Part shown: positions 63,248-64,000 of the stretch, piece by piece
Layout of the letters: each line of letters opens with the position of its first letter
Position numbering within the stretch: the first letter of the stretch is position 1
The notes under the pieces: generated by a model
What the model was told of the DNA's origin: nothing
What the model saw: only the letters and a program-made list of their open reading frames with translations
The model's database searches: none
Assembly: GCA_963842945.1 (NCBI GenBank)
Contig: CAWJIM010000024.1
Location: 224,001-288,000, forward strand
Origin: an uncultured Gemmatimonadales bacterium
GTDB lineage: Bacteria > Gemmatimonadota > Gemmatimonadetes > Gemmatimonadales > GWC2-71-9
DNA length: 64,000 nt
Direction: 5' to 3'
Program-made: the position numbers and the translations under genes

Positions 63248-64000
63248 TCAGGGTTTCCAGCTGCCCGTGGCCACCGCAGGGACGAAGCTGCCCAGCTCGT
63301 CGGGCGGGAAACGCAGCGTACGCCCCTGTTCCGCGCTCATGTAGGCGGCCATGAGGATGCGCACCACCTCGAGTCCGTCGTCGAAGGTGAGCATCGGCGT
63401 CTGACCCAGCAGGAAGGCTCGAGCGAAGTGCCGGTTCTCCGCCTCGTAGCCATAAGCCGCGGCCTCGTTCGCCACCACCGGCATGAGCCCGACCTCGGCG
63501 TTCTGCTTCTCCACCAGATCCTCGCCGACTGCGTCCCCCGACCTCCCGACTGAAGAAGAGCTTGAGCCCGCTGTCGAGAGTGTTCCAGGACATCGAGTAC
63601 TCGGGACCAAGAAGCTCCGCCGAGAGCCGGAGCCCTGGGCCGACGAAACTCCATGAGGTGGTCGCCTCGCCCAGCACCGTCCGGCCGTCACTCTCGAACT
63701 CGAGCGTGACACTGGCGAAGTCTTCGGCCGGGCGCGTGGTGTAATCGACCTCCGGTCCCATCGCTTCGGACAGGCTGCTGGCATACTCGGGGCGGGTCCA
63801 CTTGAGCGACGCGATGCGCGCGGTGACCCGGGCGAGACGCAGGGACGCGCGGGGCGCGTCGGGCTCGGTCAGGAGATAGCGCACGACTTCGACCGAGTGG
63901 CACATCATGTCGTTGAGCACTCCGCCGCCCTGCAGCCGCCCCTGCCAGAACCAGGGCGCATGGGGTCCGCTGTGCTCCTCGGCGGCCCGGGCGAGATAGG
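63248..64000 (-). CDS. Gfo/Idh/MocA oxidoreductase, C-terminal part (frameshifts; 5' end outside the window)
   Basis: [31 protein letters not shown]. Confidence 0.85.

Overview
High-GC bacterial chromosomal window. Gene content and style (TIGR03545/03546 pair, PIG-L/NEW3, tandem kinase, SWIB protein) suggest Gemmatimonadota; this is an inference. Most of the window is housekeeping and metabolic: acyl-CoA dehydrogenase, queF/queC/queE, gltA, speA, cspA, infA, an ABC transporter, pntA/pntB, thrABC, ettA and a sigma-70 factor. Many genes are broken by single-base indels that look like long-read consensus errors. Three features stand out. (1) An integrase-less integron cassette region on the minus strand (~6.9-13.5 kb, plus a solitary site at ~0.64-0.74 kb). 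It uses one ~100-bp attC family, has matching cassette ends and contains attI-like sites, all at various stages of decay. (2) A four-helix-bundle (IVS-protein/bAvd-like) gene bracketed by inverted arrays of a ~20-nt repeat. The same repeat occurs at other gene ends and supplies the stop codon (all ending ...KA*) of three unrelated genes. Related gene-less 7/8-mer inverted arrays and REP-like hairpins are scattered through the window. (3) A signalling cluster with a degenerate HD protein, a degenerate metallophosphoesterase, a GAF-GGDEF protein, a CGNR Zn-finger protein and a pseudokinase-kinase. Several genes appear to need non-canonical start codons (ATA, ATC, CTG).
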